Source: Dehalococcoidia bacterium | GTDB taxonomy: Bacteria > Chloroflexota > Dehalococcoidia > Lucifugimonadales > UBA3495 | Assembly (NCBI GenBank): GCA_965221295.1 | Contig: OZ244879.1 | Span: 877,678 to 941,677, forward strand | Reading direction: 5' to 3' | Length of the DNA stretch: 64,000 nucleotides | Shown: positions 39,137 through 48,182 of the stretch, one piece after another | Layout of the letters: each line of letters starts with the position of its first letter | Position numbering within the stretch: the first letter of the stretch is position 1 | The notes under the pieces: generated by a model | Databases searched by the model: none | The model's input: only the letters and a program-made list of their open reading frames with translations | What the model was told of the DNA's origin: nothing | Made by a program: the position numbers and the translations under genes

Positions 39137-39901
39137 ATGTTAGCGTTCATAGACGAAAGTGGCCTTCCCAACCAGAACGACAGGCAGGGGGTCGAATGGC
39201 CCCGCCCGGTGGTAGTGGCGGCTTGCTTTGAGGAACGCGATGCTCGAAATATCAGCGGTCGCCTGCACGGCTTGAAGCGAGATGTGTTGGGTCGTGAAAG
39301 CGCAGAACTCAAGGGCAGAGCCACCATTGATCGTGCTACTTACAGAAATAGCCGTAAACGTGAATACCGCGCGTTTGCCGCAGAGTTTTTCAGCGCCGTA
39401 TGCAACATGCCAGTTACCATTTTTGCTGCAATCATGAGAGGGCCGTTTGAGCCGGCCTCGCTCGATAACAGTTATTTGGAAAGACGTTTCCAATTCCTGC
39501 TGGAAAGAATCGATTTGCTGGCTGAAGAAAATAATTCAATGGCAACTGTAATATTCGATGGGGAGCAAAGGGATTTTGAAACCCTTAGTGGTAAGTTCAC
39601 GCGATTTCTTTATCGGTCCAATCGTGGCAGAGCCATGGAAAATATAACTGACACACCTTTCTTCGTTGATTCCAAAAATAGCATTGGCATTCAGATTGCC
39701 GACATGTGCGCTTACGTGATACGGGAATACCATGAAAATCGGTTAGATGAAGCGCCGCCGGATCGTGATGACCCGGATTATTACTGGCTTTCGGCCATTC
39801 GGCGTTGGTATCCATCGATCTATAGCAGCTCTCGTGATTTTCTCGTCAGGAAGGACGAAATGCGATACGGGTTTCATTTCTTGCTAGCTGGTCAGCGGTA
39901 A
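39137..39901 (+). CDS. DUF3800 domain protein
   Basis: N-terminal AFIDESG, central ELKG, VIFD, C-terminal DSKNSIGIQIADMCAY; GGGAG RBS; visibly more AT-rich than its neighbours. Confidence 0.85.
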   Translation: MLAFIDESGLPNQNDRQGVEWPRPVVVAACFEERDARNISGRLHGLKRDVLGRESAELKGRATIDRATYRNSRKREYRAFAAEFFSAVCNMPVTIFAAIMRGPFEPASLDNSYLERRFQFLLERIDLLAEENNSMATVIFDGEQRDFETLSGKFTRFLYRSNRGRAMENITDTPFFVDSKNSIGIQIADMCAYVIREYHENRLDEAPPDRDDPDYYWLSAIRRWYPSIYSSSRDFLVRKDEMRYGFHFLLAGQR

Positions 39902-39905
39902 CCTT

Positions 39906-40874
39906 ATGTGGGTCATACTTGCGCTGGGTAGTTCGCTGGCGTTTTGCTTCGTCAGCGTTTGCGACAAGCGGCTGCTGTCCTTCCACTTCCAGGGAGTCTC
40001 GCCGCTCTGCCTGTGGTGCGGCGTCTGCGGGATGGCGTATGGCTCAGCGCTGTTGCTGTTGGTGGGGATTCCCGACGGCGCTTCCTGGCAGGTGACGCTA
40101 TCCCCGGTGGCCGCGGGCCTGCTGATGGGATGCTCCGTTACGCTCCTGTTTCGCGGCCTAAGGCTGATGGAAGCCTCCCGCGCCGTGGCCATCGCGCAGA
40201 CCAACCCCATCTACGTCGCCATCCTGGCCCAGCTGTTCCTGGATGAGCGTATTTCAATCGGACAATGGGGCGGCATTGCTCTGGTGGTGGTGGGCGCGGC
40301 CCTGATTTCCCTACGGCTGTTCCAGGAGCGGCCCTACGGACGCGTCGGGCCGGGTATGAGCCTGCCCACCGCGGCGGCGCTTGCCCTGGGCGACCGGACG
40401 GCGGTGTATGGGCCAGCGATTCTACTGTTGAGCGCGCTGTGCGCCGCTGGCAGCTTCGTGGTCATCAAAGCCTCGCTGAACGCGGATCTTCCAGTGTTGA
40501 CGGTTTTCGGAATGCAGCAGGCGACGGTTGGGGCGGTTTTCGTTGTCGTTGGGCTCAGTGGCGGCCCGACCGCGGCCCGACAACTCTGGGCGGCCGTCCG
40601 CCGGCCCACGGCGCTGGGGATGCTGGCCACGGGCGAGTCGCTGATGCCGGCGGTCTCCATCCTGTTGTCGGTGTACGCGTACAGCATGGGCCCAGCTTCG
40701 CTGGTGGCCGCGGCCTTGGCCACTCGGCCGCTGTTCGTGTTCATCGCGTCAACCATCCTATCGAGGGTGCGCTGGCATTTGCTAGACGAATCGCTATCGC
40801 CGCAGGCTCTGGCGTTGAAGGGCGCATCAATCGCCATGATTGTGGGGGGAGTCGGCGCCCTCAGTTTGGGATAG
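39906..40874 (+). CDS. DMT/EamA family transporter
   Basis: About ten hydrophobic helices in two repeats; ASRAVAIAQTNPIYVAILA...FLDER. Confidence 0.85.
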   Translation: MWVILALGSSLAFCFVSVCDKRLLSFHFQGVSPLCLWCGVCGMAYGSALLLLVGIPDGASWQVTLSPVAAGLLMGCSVTLLFRGLRLMEASRAVAIAQTNPIYVAILAQLFLDERISIGQWGGIALVVVGAALISLRLFQERPYGRVGPGMSLPTAAALALGDRTAVYGPAILLLSALCAAGSFVVIKASLNADLPVLTVFGMQQATVGAVFVVVGLSGGPTAARQLWAAVRRPTALGMLATGESLMPAVSILLSVYAYSMGPASLVAAALATRPLFVFIASTILSRVRWHLLDESLSPQALALKGASIAMIVGGVGALSLG

Positions 40875-40970
40875 TCGCGTCAATTTACGCATATGATGCG
40901 CTAGCGCCGCCAATTGAACAATTAATCGTCATAGGTTAGCCGAATAAATACAATTGAATGCCATTGATGG

Positions 40971-40999
40971 TTGACAATCGGCAACGGAATGACTATCAT
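40971..40999 (+). promoter_or_regulatory. sigma70 promoter of the Lrp/AsnC gene
   Basis: TTGACA-N17-TATCAT with AT-rich upstream DNA. Confidence 0.65.
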
Positions 41000-41074
41000 C
41001 TTTCGGCAATCTATTCGCCGAGGATGCGGGATTAGCGCTGCGCTCGGCGAATTCCGTATGGAGTCGACCAGCCA

Positions 41075-41509
41075 ATGGATGAACTTGACCTGAAAATTAT
41101 CGGAATTCTTCAGTCCGATGGACGCGCTTCGAACGCCAAGATAGCTCGGGCTGTTGGCGTCAGCGAGGGCACGGTGCGCCGCCGGTTGCGCCGCCTGATC
41201 AAAGATGACATCGTCCACGTGGTGGCGGTGCCAAACTTGGAGAGGATGGGATATGGCACCACGGCTTTGATCGGACTGGAGACGGGTCCTGGCAAATCCG
41301 ACGCGGTTGCCGAGCGTATCGCCGACCTGGACGAAGCCCACTACGTGGTGGTCGCCACCGGCCCCTACGATGTCTTCGTCTGGACCGCCTTGGAGTCGGC
41401 GGAAAGCTTGGGGGACTTCCTGCGCACGCAGATTGGCGTGATTGACGGCGTTCAGAAGACGCAAACCTTCGTCACGCTTTCCACCAAGAAGCGATTCACC
41501 CGGGTGTAA
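41075..41509 (+). CDS. Lrp/AsnC family transcriptional regulator
   Basis: MDELDLKIIGILQSDGRAS...GVSEGTVRRRL HTH; TGPYD. Confidence 0.92.
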   Translation: MDELDLKIIGILQSDGRASNAKIARAVGVSEGTVRRRLRRLIKDDIVHVVAVPNLERMGYGTTALIGLETGPGKSDAVAERIADLDEAHYVVVATGPYDVFVWTALESAESLGDFLRTQIGVIDGVQKTQTFVTLSTKKRFTRV

Positions 41510-41688
41510 TGGGGAGTTCTCCACCAACCGGGTCGGGGTCGCCGCGGCGGGCTCTTCCCGGTTGCATCACATTGCCGCCGTGCTATAATTTCGCAATTAC
41601 GGCAAGCGCCTTGCGCCGCCAAGTCGCTGGCCGCTTGATCAGGGACGATTGACCGTACCACACCACATCAACCGAGGGGAAAGCCGCT

Positions 41689-41931
41689 ATGACCTACATC
41701 ATTACCGAGCCGTGTGTCGGCGTGAAAGACGCCGCCTGCGTCGATGTCTGCCCGGTAGATTGCATCTACACCACCGATGACGACGACATGTACTTCATCA
41801 GCCCCGATGAGTGCATCGATTGCGCGGCCTGTGAGCCGGTGTGCCCCGTAACGGCCATTTTCGCCGAGGAAGCGGTGCCGGCGATGTATGAGGAATACAT
41901 CAAGATCAACTACGACTACTTCAGCAAGTAG
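41689..41931 (+). CDS. Ferredoxin (7Fe FdxA-like)
   Basis: MTYIITEPC..KDAACVDVCPVDCI...ECIDCAACEPVCPV; extended -10 TGCTATAAT at 41581-41589. Confidence 0.93.
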   Translation: MTYIITEPCVGVKDAACVDVCPVDCIYTTDDDDMYFISPDECIDCAACEPVCPVTAIFAEEAVPAMYEEYIKINYDYFSK

Positions 41932-42107
41932 CGCCGCGCCGGCTGCCCGCCGTTCGGCTCGGCGACCCAACCCGACCCGAACGCAGTCTCTGCGACAGTC
42001 GTCAGAATCTCTCCGCCCGGCGCTCCGCAGCCGGGCGGATGTTTAACGCCTTCCCGCCGCCCATCCACCTCCGGAACTGAGCCGTTCCTAGCGTCGATGG
42101 ACAGCCC

Positions 42108-42331
42108 CGGAGAGCCGCCACATCCACGGGAGAGCCGCCACATCCACGGGAGAGCCGCCACATCCACGGGAGAGCCGCCACAATCACCGGGAGAGCCGCC
42201 ACAATCACCGGGAGAGCCGCCACAATCACCGGGAGAGCCGCCACATCGACGGGAGAGCCGCCACAATCACCGGGAGAGCCGCCACATCCACGGGAGAGCC
42301 GCCACAATCACCGGGAGAGCCGCCACATCCA
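42108..42331 (+). repeat. VNTR: 11 copies of a 20/21-bp unit immediately upstream of the aconitase RBS
   Basis: GGGAGAGCCGCCACATCCAC (20 bp) and GGGAGAGCCGCCACAATCACC (21 bp) variants interleaved. Confidence 0.95.
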
Positions 42332-42349
42332 GAGGAGGAGTGAAACGCA

Positions 42350-44632
42350 ATGAGCAACATTGATTCCACGCCCGAATTCGTGCGGGAAACCTACCGCAAG
42401 ATGGACGAAAAACTGACGCAGGTTCGGTCTCGTCTCAACCGTCCATTGACCCTGGCGGAGAAGCTGCTGCTCTCCCACTTGGATGACGTGGCCGACGCTG
42501 ACCTCCGCCCTGGCGACAGCTACATAAATCTCCGACCCGACCGGGTAGCCCACCAGGACGTCACCGGCCAGATGGCCATCCTCCAATTCATGCAATCCGG
42601 TCGCGACCGCGTGGCCGTTCCCACCACGGTCCATTGCGACCACCTGATCCAGGCCCGGGTCGGCGCCTCTTCCGACCTCCAAGACGCCCTCAACGAGAGC
42701 AACGAGGTGTACCAGTTCCTGGAGTCGGCCAGCCGCCGCTACGGCATGGGGTTCTGGAAGCCCGGTTCGGGCATCATTCACCAGGTGGTGTTGGAGAAAT
42801 ACGCCTTCCCCGGCGCGCTGATCATTGGCACCGACTCCCACACCGTCAACGGTGGCGGGCTGTGCTCCCTGGCCATCGGCGTGGGCGGCGCGGACGCTGC
42901 CGACGTAATGGCCGGTTTGCCCTGGGAGGTTCGCTACCCGCGCATCATCGGCGTCAAGCTCACCGGCTCCATGAGCGGCTGGACGGCTCCCAAGGACGTC
43001 ATTATCAAGTTGGCCTACGAGCTTACCGTGTCTGGCGGCACCAACGCCATTATCGAATACTTTGGCCCCGGCGCGTCGTCCATCTCGGCCACCGGCAAGG
43101 GAACCATCTGCAACATGGGCGCGGAACTGGGAGCCACCGGCGACGTGTTCCCTTACGACGAGCGCATGGCCACCTATCTCCGCGCCACCGGACGGGGCGA
43201 ATTGGTGGAAATCGCCGCAGAGTACGCGCATCTGTTGCGCTCCGACCCCGAGGTTGAACAGGAACCTGGGCAGTTCTACGATCACATCGTGGAAATCGAC
43301 CTGTCCACCCTTGAACCCCACATCACCGGCCCGCACTCGCCCGACCGCGCCCGGCCGATTTCGGCGCTGGCCGCCGAGATGGAGCGCGAGGGCTTCCCGG
43401 AGACAGTATCGGTGGCCCTGGTGGGCAGCTGCACCAACTCGTCCTACGAGGACATGGAACGCTGCGCCGACGTGGCCCGTCAGGCCGCGGCCCGCGGCGT
43501 CACGGCGGCCTCCGGCTTGCTCGTAACCCCAGGCTCCGAGCAGGTGCGCGCCACCATCGAACGCGACGGGCAGCAACAGGCCCTGGAGTCCATCGGCGCC
43601 ACCGTGCTCGCCAACGCCTGCGGCCCCTGCATTGGCCAGTGGAACCGGCCCGAGGCGCGCGGCACGGACAACAGCATTGTCACCTCCTACAACCGCAACT
43701 TCCCCAGCCGCAACGACGGCAACGCCGGCACCATGAACTTCATCGCCAGCCCCGAACTGGCCATCGCCATGGGACTGGGCGGCCGCCTGTCCTTCAACCC
43801 GCTCACCGATCCGCTGGTGGACGCTGATGGCAACGAGTTCATGCTGCAGCCGCCGTCGGAAGCCCCGGAGGTGCCGCCCACCGGTTTCGACCCCGGCAAC
43901 GACATGTACGTTGAACCACCGGAGGACGGCAGCAATGTCGAGGTGCGGGTTGACCCCAACAGCAACCGTCTGCAGGTGCTGGAGCCGTGGGAACCGTGGG
44001 ACGGCAAGGACTTCGAGGACATCCCAGTTTTGGTCAAGACCCAGGGCAAGACGACCACCGATTCGATCTCTCCGGCTGGCCCCTGGTTGCGCTTCCGCGG
44101 CCACCTGAACAACCTCAGCGACAACATGTTCCTGGCCGCCAACAACGCCTACACCGAAGACACCGGAACCGGCAAGAACCAGCTCTCCGGCGAAGAAATC
44201 ATGCCTATCCCGGAGATTGCCCGCGCCTACAAGGCCGAGGGCATCCGTTGGGTCGCCATCGGCGACGAAAACTACGGCGAGGGCTCCAGTCGGGAGCACG
44301 CCGCCCTGTCGCCACGGATGCTGGGCGCCGCCGCCATCATCACCCGCAGCTTTGCCCGCATCCACGAATCCAACCTCAAGAAACAGGGCCTGCTGCCCCT
44401 AACCTTTGAGGATCCAGCGGACTGGGAACGCGTGTTGGAAGATGACCGCATGAGCTTGGTGGGCCTGAACGATCTGTCGCCCGGCGTTCCGGTGCAGGCC
44501 ATCCTGAAGCACGCCGACGGCAGCGAGGAAACGCTGAACCTGCGCCACACCCTGAACGAATCTCAGATCGAATGGTTCAAAGCCGGCAGCGCGATGAACT
44601 ACATGAAGAACCAGGAAGGAGCCGGCAGCTAG
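42350..44632 (+). CDS. acnA: Aconitate hydratase (mitochondrial-type clade)
   Basis: LTLAEK, DRVAHQDVTGQMA, HCDH, GIIHQ, GTDSHT, GSCTNSS, ANACGPCIG, SYNRNF, YGEGSSREHAA. Confidence 0.95.
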   Translation: MSNIDSTPEFVRETYRKMDEKLTQVRSRLNRPLTLAEKLLLSHLDDVADADLRPGDSYINLRPDRVAHQDVTGQMAILQFMQSGRDRVAVPTTVHCDHLIQARVGASSDLQDALNESNEVYQFLESASRRYGMGFWKPGSGIIHQVVLEKYAFPGALIIGTDSHTVNGGGLCSLAIGVGGADAADVMAGLPWEVRYPRIIGVKLTGSMSGWTAPKDVIIKLAYELTVSGGTNAIIEYFGPGASSISATGKGTICNMGAELGATGDVFPYDERMATYLRATGRGELVEIAAEYAHLLRSDPEVEQEPGQFYDHIVEIDLSTLEPHITGPHSPDRARPISALAAEMEREGFPETVSVALVGSCTNSSYEDMERCADVARQAAARGVTAASGLLVTPGSEQVRATIERDGQQQALESIGATVLANACGPCIGQWNRPEARGTDNSIVTSYNRNFPSRNDGNAGTMNFIASPELAIAMGLGGRLSFNPLTDPLVDADGNEFMLQPPSEAPEVPPTGFDPGNDMYVEPPEDGSNVEVRVDPNSNRLQVLEPWEPWDGKDFEDIPVLVKTQGKTTTDSISPAGPWLRFRGHLNNLSDNMFLAANNAYTEDTGTGKNQLSGEEIMPIPEIARAYKAEGIRWVAIGDENYGEGSSREHAALSPRMLGAAAIITRSFARIHESNLKKQGLLPLTFEDPADWERVLEDDRMSLVGLNDLSPGVPVQAILKHADGSEETLNLRHTLNESQIEWFKAGSAMNYMKNQEGAGS

Positions 44633-45058
44633 CCCAAAAGGGCAGGTGGGCCCGCGTCGCCATTGCGGGCCCATGCCCACCCTGCCGTAACCGGCAACAT
44701 GCCGCAATCGCATTGACGACGACCAACGGCCGTGGACTCAGACAGCGCTCGCGGCCGACCGCCCAGTTATGAGGATTGCCGCCTCCCAGCAGTTCATCGC
44801 AACTGTAGCCGGGGAAGCCGTCTGCAGCGCCTGGGTCCGACGCGGCGGTGGATGGGGCGCCACGCAAAAACGCAACGCCGGTGTCAAACTGGGAGTGCGT
44901 TCGGTCCCCAACGCCGCTTGTTTGGCTTCGCTACCTTTGCTACAATTCCGACGCACGAAAGGCACGGACACGCGAAAGGCACGGACGGCGGAAGGCGATT
45001 GTTCGCCGACTTTTCGCCGAGCCAGGGAATTTGCGTAACCAATGGAGGAGGAAATACT

Positions 45059-45847
45059 ATGCCGTCGTTCTGGGAAAATATCAGAATGCCCGACCCTACA
45101 GGCGAGCGAGAATCCGGCGCCAATATCGCCGAAGGCGGTGACATGGCCGCCTACGTCAGCTTCCCGCCCCCCAGCGTGGGCACCAGCCTGCCCGCCATCA
45201 TCGTTGTGCAAGAAGCCTTTGGCGTCAACGAGCATATCCAGCGGGTGGCCGACCGTTTCGCCGCCGAGGGTTTCGTGGCGGTCGCCCCGGCCATGTTCCA
45301 CAGGAACGAACGCAACCCCAACCCGATGCTGGGTTACACCGCTGACGATTTCGACGCCGCCATCAACACCTACATGCCGGAGCTGACCGGTCAGGGCGTC
45401 ATTGACGACATCAACGCCACCGTCGACTATCTGCAGCGCACCTACCCGCGCACGCGGGGCCAGAAAATCGGCATCGTGGGTTACTGTATGGGAGGCCGCG
45501 TGGTCTATCTGGCCGCCAGCTCCTGCGACGGACTGAGCGCTGGCGTGGTGTACTACGGCGGCGCCATCATGGCCCCATATGGCGACGGCGTCACCCCCAT
45601 CGACGGCACCGCCAACATCAGCATCCCCGTCATGGGCAACTTCGGAGATACCGACGGCAATCCGACACCCGATGACGTGGGCAAGATCTCCGCAGCCCTC
45701 TCCGCCGCCGGCAAGGCCCACGACTTCAAGTCGTACCCAAACGCCGGCCACGGCTTCAACTGCGAAGACCGCGACAGCTACAACCAGGCCGCCGCTGACG
45801 ACGCCCAGGCCCGCACCCTGGCGTTCTTCAACCAACATCTGAAGTAA
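45059..45847 (+). CDS. Dienelactone hydrolase family protein
   Basis: VQEAFGVN, GYCMGG nucleophile, AGHGF; GGAGGAGG RBS. Confidence 0.92.
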   Translation: MPSFWENIRMPDPTGERESGANIAEGGDMAAYVSFPPPSVGTSLPAIIVVQEAFGVNEHIQRVADRFAAEGFVAVAPAMFHRNERNPNPMLGYTADDFDAAINTYMPELTGQGVIDDINATVDYLQRTYPRTRGQKIGIVGYCMGGRVVYLAASSCDGLSAGVVYYGGAIMAPYGDGVTPIDGTANISIPVMGNFGDTDGNPTPDDVGKISAALSAAGKAHDFKSYPNAGHGFNCEDRDSYNQAAADDAQARTLAFFNQHLK

Positions 45848-45871
45848 AAGCCGAGCGCAACCCGCGAAAGT

Positions 45872-45911
45872 GCGTCGGAGCGGCCACTCAGCCGCTCCGA
45901 CGCTCTTTTTT
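45872..45911 (+). terminator. Rho-independent terminator
   Basis: GCGTCGGAGCGGC-CACTCA-GCCGCTCCGACGC followed by TCTTTTTT. Confidence 0.85.
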
Positions 45912-45978
45912 CACCGCTGCGCTAGGCGTCGCCGCTGGCTAGGCTCCAAGCGTTATGACGCCGGGTGGTTGCCGGTCA

Positions 45979-47397
45979 TCATGACACTGATGGTCTGTGC
46001 TGGCTCCACGGTTGAGCGTCCTCAAAAGCAGCCATGGCGCGAAGCACGCGGCCCTCAGCTCCCGCCGGACCGACCAGGTGCAGGCCGATGGGCAAACCGG
46101 CCGCAGAGAACCCGCAGGGCACGCTGGCTGCCGTCTGACCGCTCATGTTGATGGGGAAGGTGAAAGGCAGGTAGCCCCACCACGGATCGACGGCCCGGCC
46201 GGCGATGCTGGTGGGATGCTCGCCAATGGGGAAGGCGGTAACGGCCATGGCCGGCGTCAGCAGCAGGTCGTAGGTGTTGAAGAAATCAGCAAACCGGCGT
46301 TTGTGACGGTCCACGTAGGCCAGGGCCCGGGACAGGTCGGCGGCGGTGTACCGCGATGCGGCGTCGAAGGTACTGCGCACGTAGTGGCTGAGTTCATCCC
46401 GTCGATCCGGGTACAGATCTGCGTAGGATGTGTAGGACGCCGTACCGAACACGGTTGAGAAGGGCGGAAAGGGGTCGCCCTCGATCTCCGGCGCGGCCTC
46501 CTCGACGATGGCTCCCATTTCCTGGAATACCTGGGCCGCGGCGCGGGTCGCTTGAACCACTTCGGGATCAACGGCGGCGTAGCCAAGATCGTCGCTCCAG
46601 GCGACGCGCCAGCCCTGCACGCCGCCTGCCAGCATGGCCGTGTAATCGGGCGGCGTGTCGGTCATGGTGTTGGGGTCGCGGGAATCTGGGCCGGCCAGTA
46701 CCTGGAGCAGCATCGCCGTATCGCCCACCGTGCGGCTCATCGGACCAGACTGCGAGAAGTGGTTGACTGCCGGGCCGCCGTACCCGCCATAACGAGGGAC
46801 ACGCCCCTGGGATGGTTTGATGCCGGTTACTCCACTGAAGCTGGACGGGATGCGGATGCTGCCGCCTCCGTCGCTGCCGATAGCCAGCGGGCACAGGCCG
46901 GCGGCCAGGGCCGATCCCGCCCCACCGCTGCTGCCGCCCGGCGTGTAGTCGGTGTTCCACGGGTTGCGGCACGGTTCGCTGACCAGGTTCTCGGTGGTGC
47001 CAGACTGCCCGAACTCCGGCGTGTTTGTTTTGCCCAGCACAATGGCTCCGGCCGCCTTGACCCGCTCTACGACGATGGAATCCCGGTCCGGTACGCGATC
47101 GCGGAATATGGCGGAACCCATGGTGGTCGCGACGCCACGGGTTAGTTCCAAGTCCTTGACGGAAATGGGAACACCGTGGAGCGGCCCCAGGGTTTCGCCG
47201 CGTCGCACGGCCTCATCGGCGGCGCGGGCGTCAGCGAAGGCTTGGTCTGGACACAGGGCCAGGTAGGCGTTGAGCCGCGGGTTGAATTCATCGATGCGCC
47301 GGTAGAACAGCTCAACGAGTTCAACGGACGAGACTTCGCCCGCGGCGATCATCCGTCGGATTTCGGTGGCGGGAGTGAAGGCGAGTTCGGTGTCCAT
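45979..47397 (-). CDS. Amidase signature family enzyme
   Basis: VPISVKD, GKTNTPEF, PGGSSGG, GSDGGGSIRIP. Confidence 0.92.
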   Translation of the reverse strand: MDTELAFTPATEIRRMIAAGEVSSVELVELFYRRIDEFNPRLNAYLALCPDQAFADARAADEAVRRGETLGPLHGVPISVKDLELTRGVATTMGSAIFRDRVPDRDSIVVERVKAAGAIVLGKTNTPEFGQSGTTENLVSEPCRNPWNTDYTPGGSSGGAGSALAAGLCPLAIGSDGGGSIRIPSSFSGVTGIKPSQGRVPRYGGYGGPAVNHFSQSGPMSRTVGDTAMLLQVLAGPDSRDPNTMTDTPPDYTAMLAGGVQGWRVAWSDDLGYAAVDPEVVQATRAAAQVFQEMGAIVEEAAPEIEGDPFPPFSTVFGTASYTSYADLYPDRRDELSHYVRSTFDAASRYTAADLSRALAYVDRHKRRFADFFNTYDLLLTPAMAVTAFPIGEHPTSIAGRAVDPWWGYLPFTFPINMSGQTAASVPCGFSAAGLPIGLHLVGPAGAEGRVLRAMAAFEDAQPWSQHRPSVS

Positions 47398-47548
47398 GAC
47401 ATGCCTCTTTAGGATGCGTAGGTGGGGATCCGGATAACGGCCAAATGGCGACATCGCCATTATACCCACCGACGCCAGGTAGGTAATAGCGGCGGTTCGC
47501 CCCCTGGCCTGGGCGCCGGTCGGTCAGGGGTGGAGCGGAAGCGCCGCC

Positions 47549-48130
47549 CTCCCCCAACTGTCATTGCGAGGAGCGCTAGCGACGCGGCAATCCCGTTGCC
47601 TGGGCGAACGGCCACCGGGGCAGGAGGGCGGAGCCTCCCCCAACTGTCATTGCGAGGAGCGAATAGCGACGCGGCAATCCCGTTGCCTGGGCGAACGGCC
47701 GCCTGGGCGGGAGGGCGGAGCGCCTCCCCCACCTGTCATCGCGAGGAGCGCCTCTTTTTTCTGTCATTGCGAGGCGCGCTAGCGACGCGGCAATCCCGTT
47801 GCCAGGGCGAACGGCCACCGGGGCAGGAGGGCGGAGCCTCCCCCAACTGTCATTGCGAGGAGCGAATAGCGACGCGGCAATCCCGTTGCCTGGGCGAACG
47901 GCCGCTGGGGCAGGAGGGCGGCTCCTTCCCCAACTGTCATTGCGAGGAGCGAATAGCGACGCGGCGATCCCGATGCCTGGGCGAACGGCAGCCGGGGCGG
48001 TAGGGCGGAGCGCCGTTGGTTGTGGTCGTCGAGATTGCCGCGCTTCGCTCGCAATGACAGTAATAGAATGTTCGCAATGACAGTAATGGAACGTTCGCAA
48101 TCACAGTTGGGGAACGTTCGCGATCACAGC
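47549..48130. repeat. REP/RPE-like palindromic element array 1
   Basis: Five ~86-bp units with core TGTCATTGCGAGGAGC..AGCGACGCGGCAATCCCGTTGCC, an inverted GAGATTGCCGCGCTTCGCTCGCAATGACA at 48031-48059, then ~3.5 x 23-bp TCGCAAT(G/C)ACAG units. Confidence 0.9.
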
Positions 48131-48182
48131 GGGAGGGGGCGAACGGCCGCCGCGCCAGATTGACCGCTACACGGGAGCGCGT

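Noticed and set aside
42108..42331. CRISPR array
   Set aside because: Units are contiguous 20/21-mers without unique spacers, and no cas genes are present.
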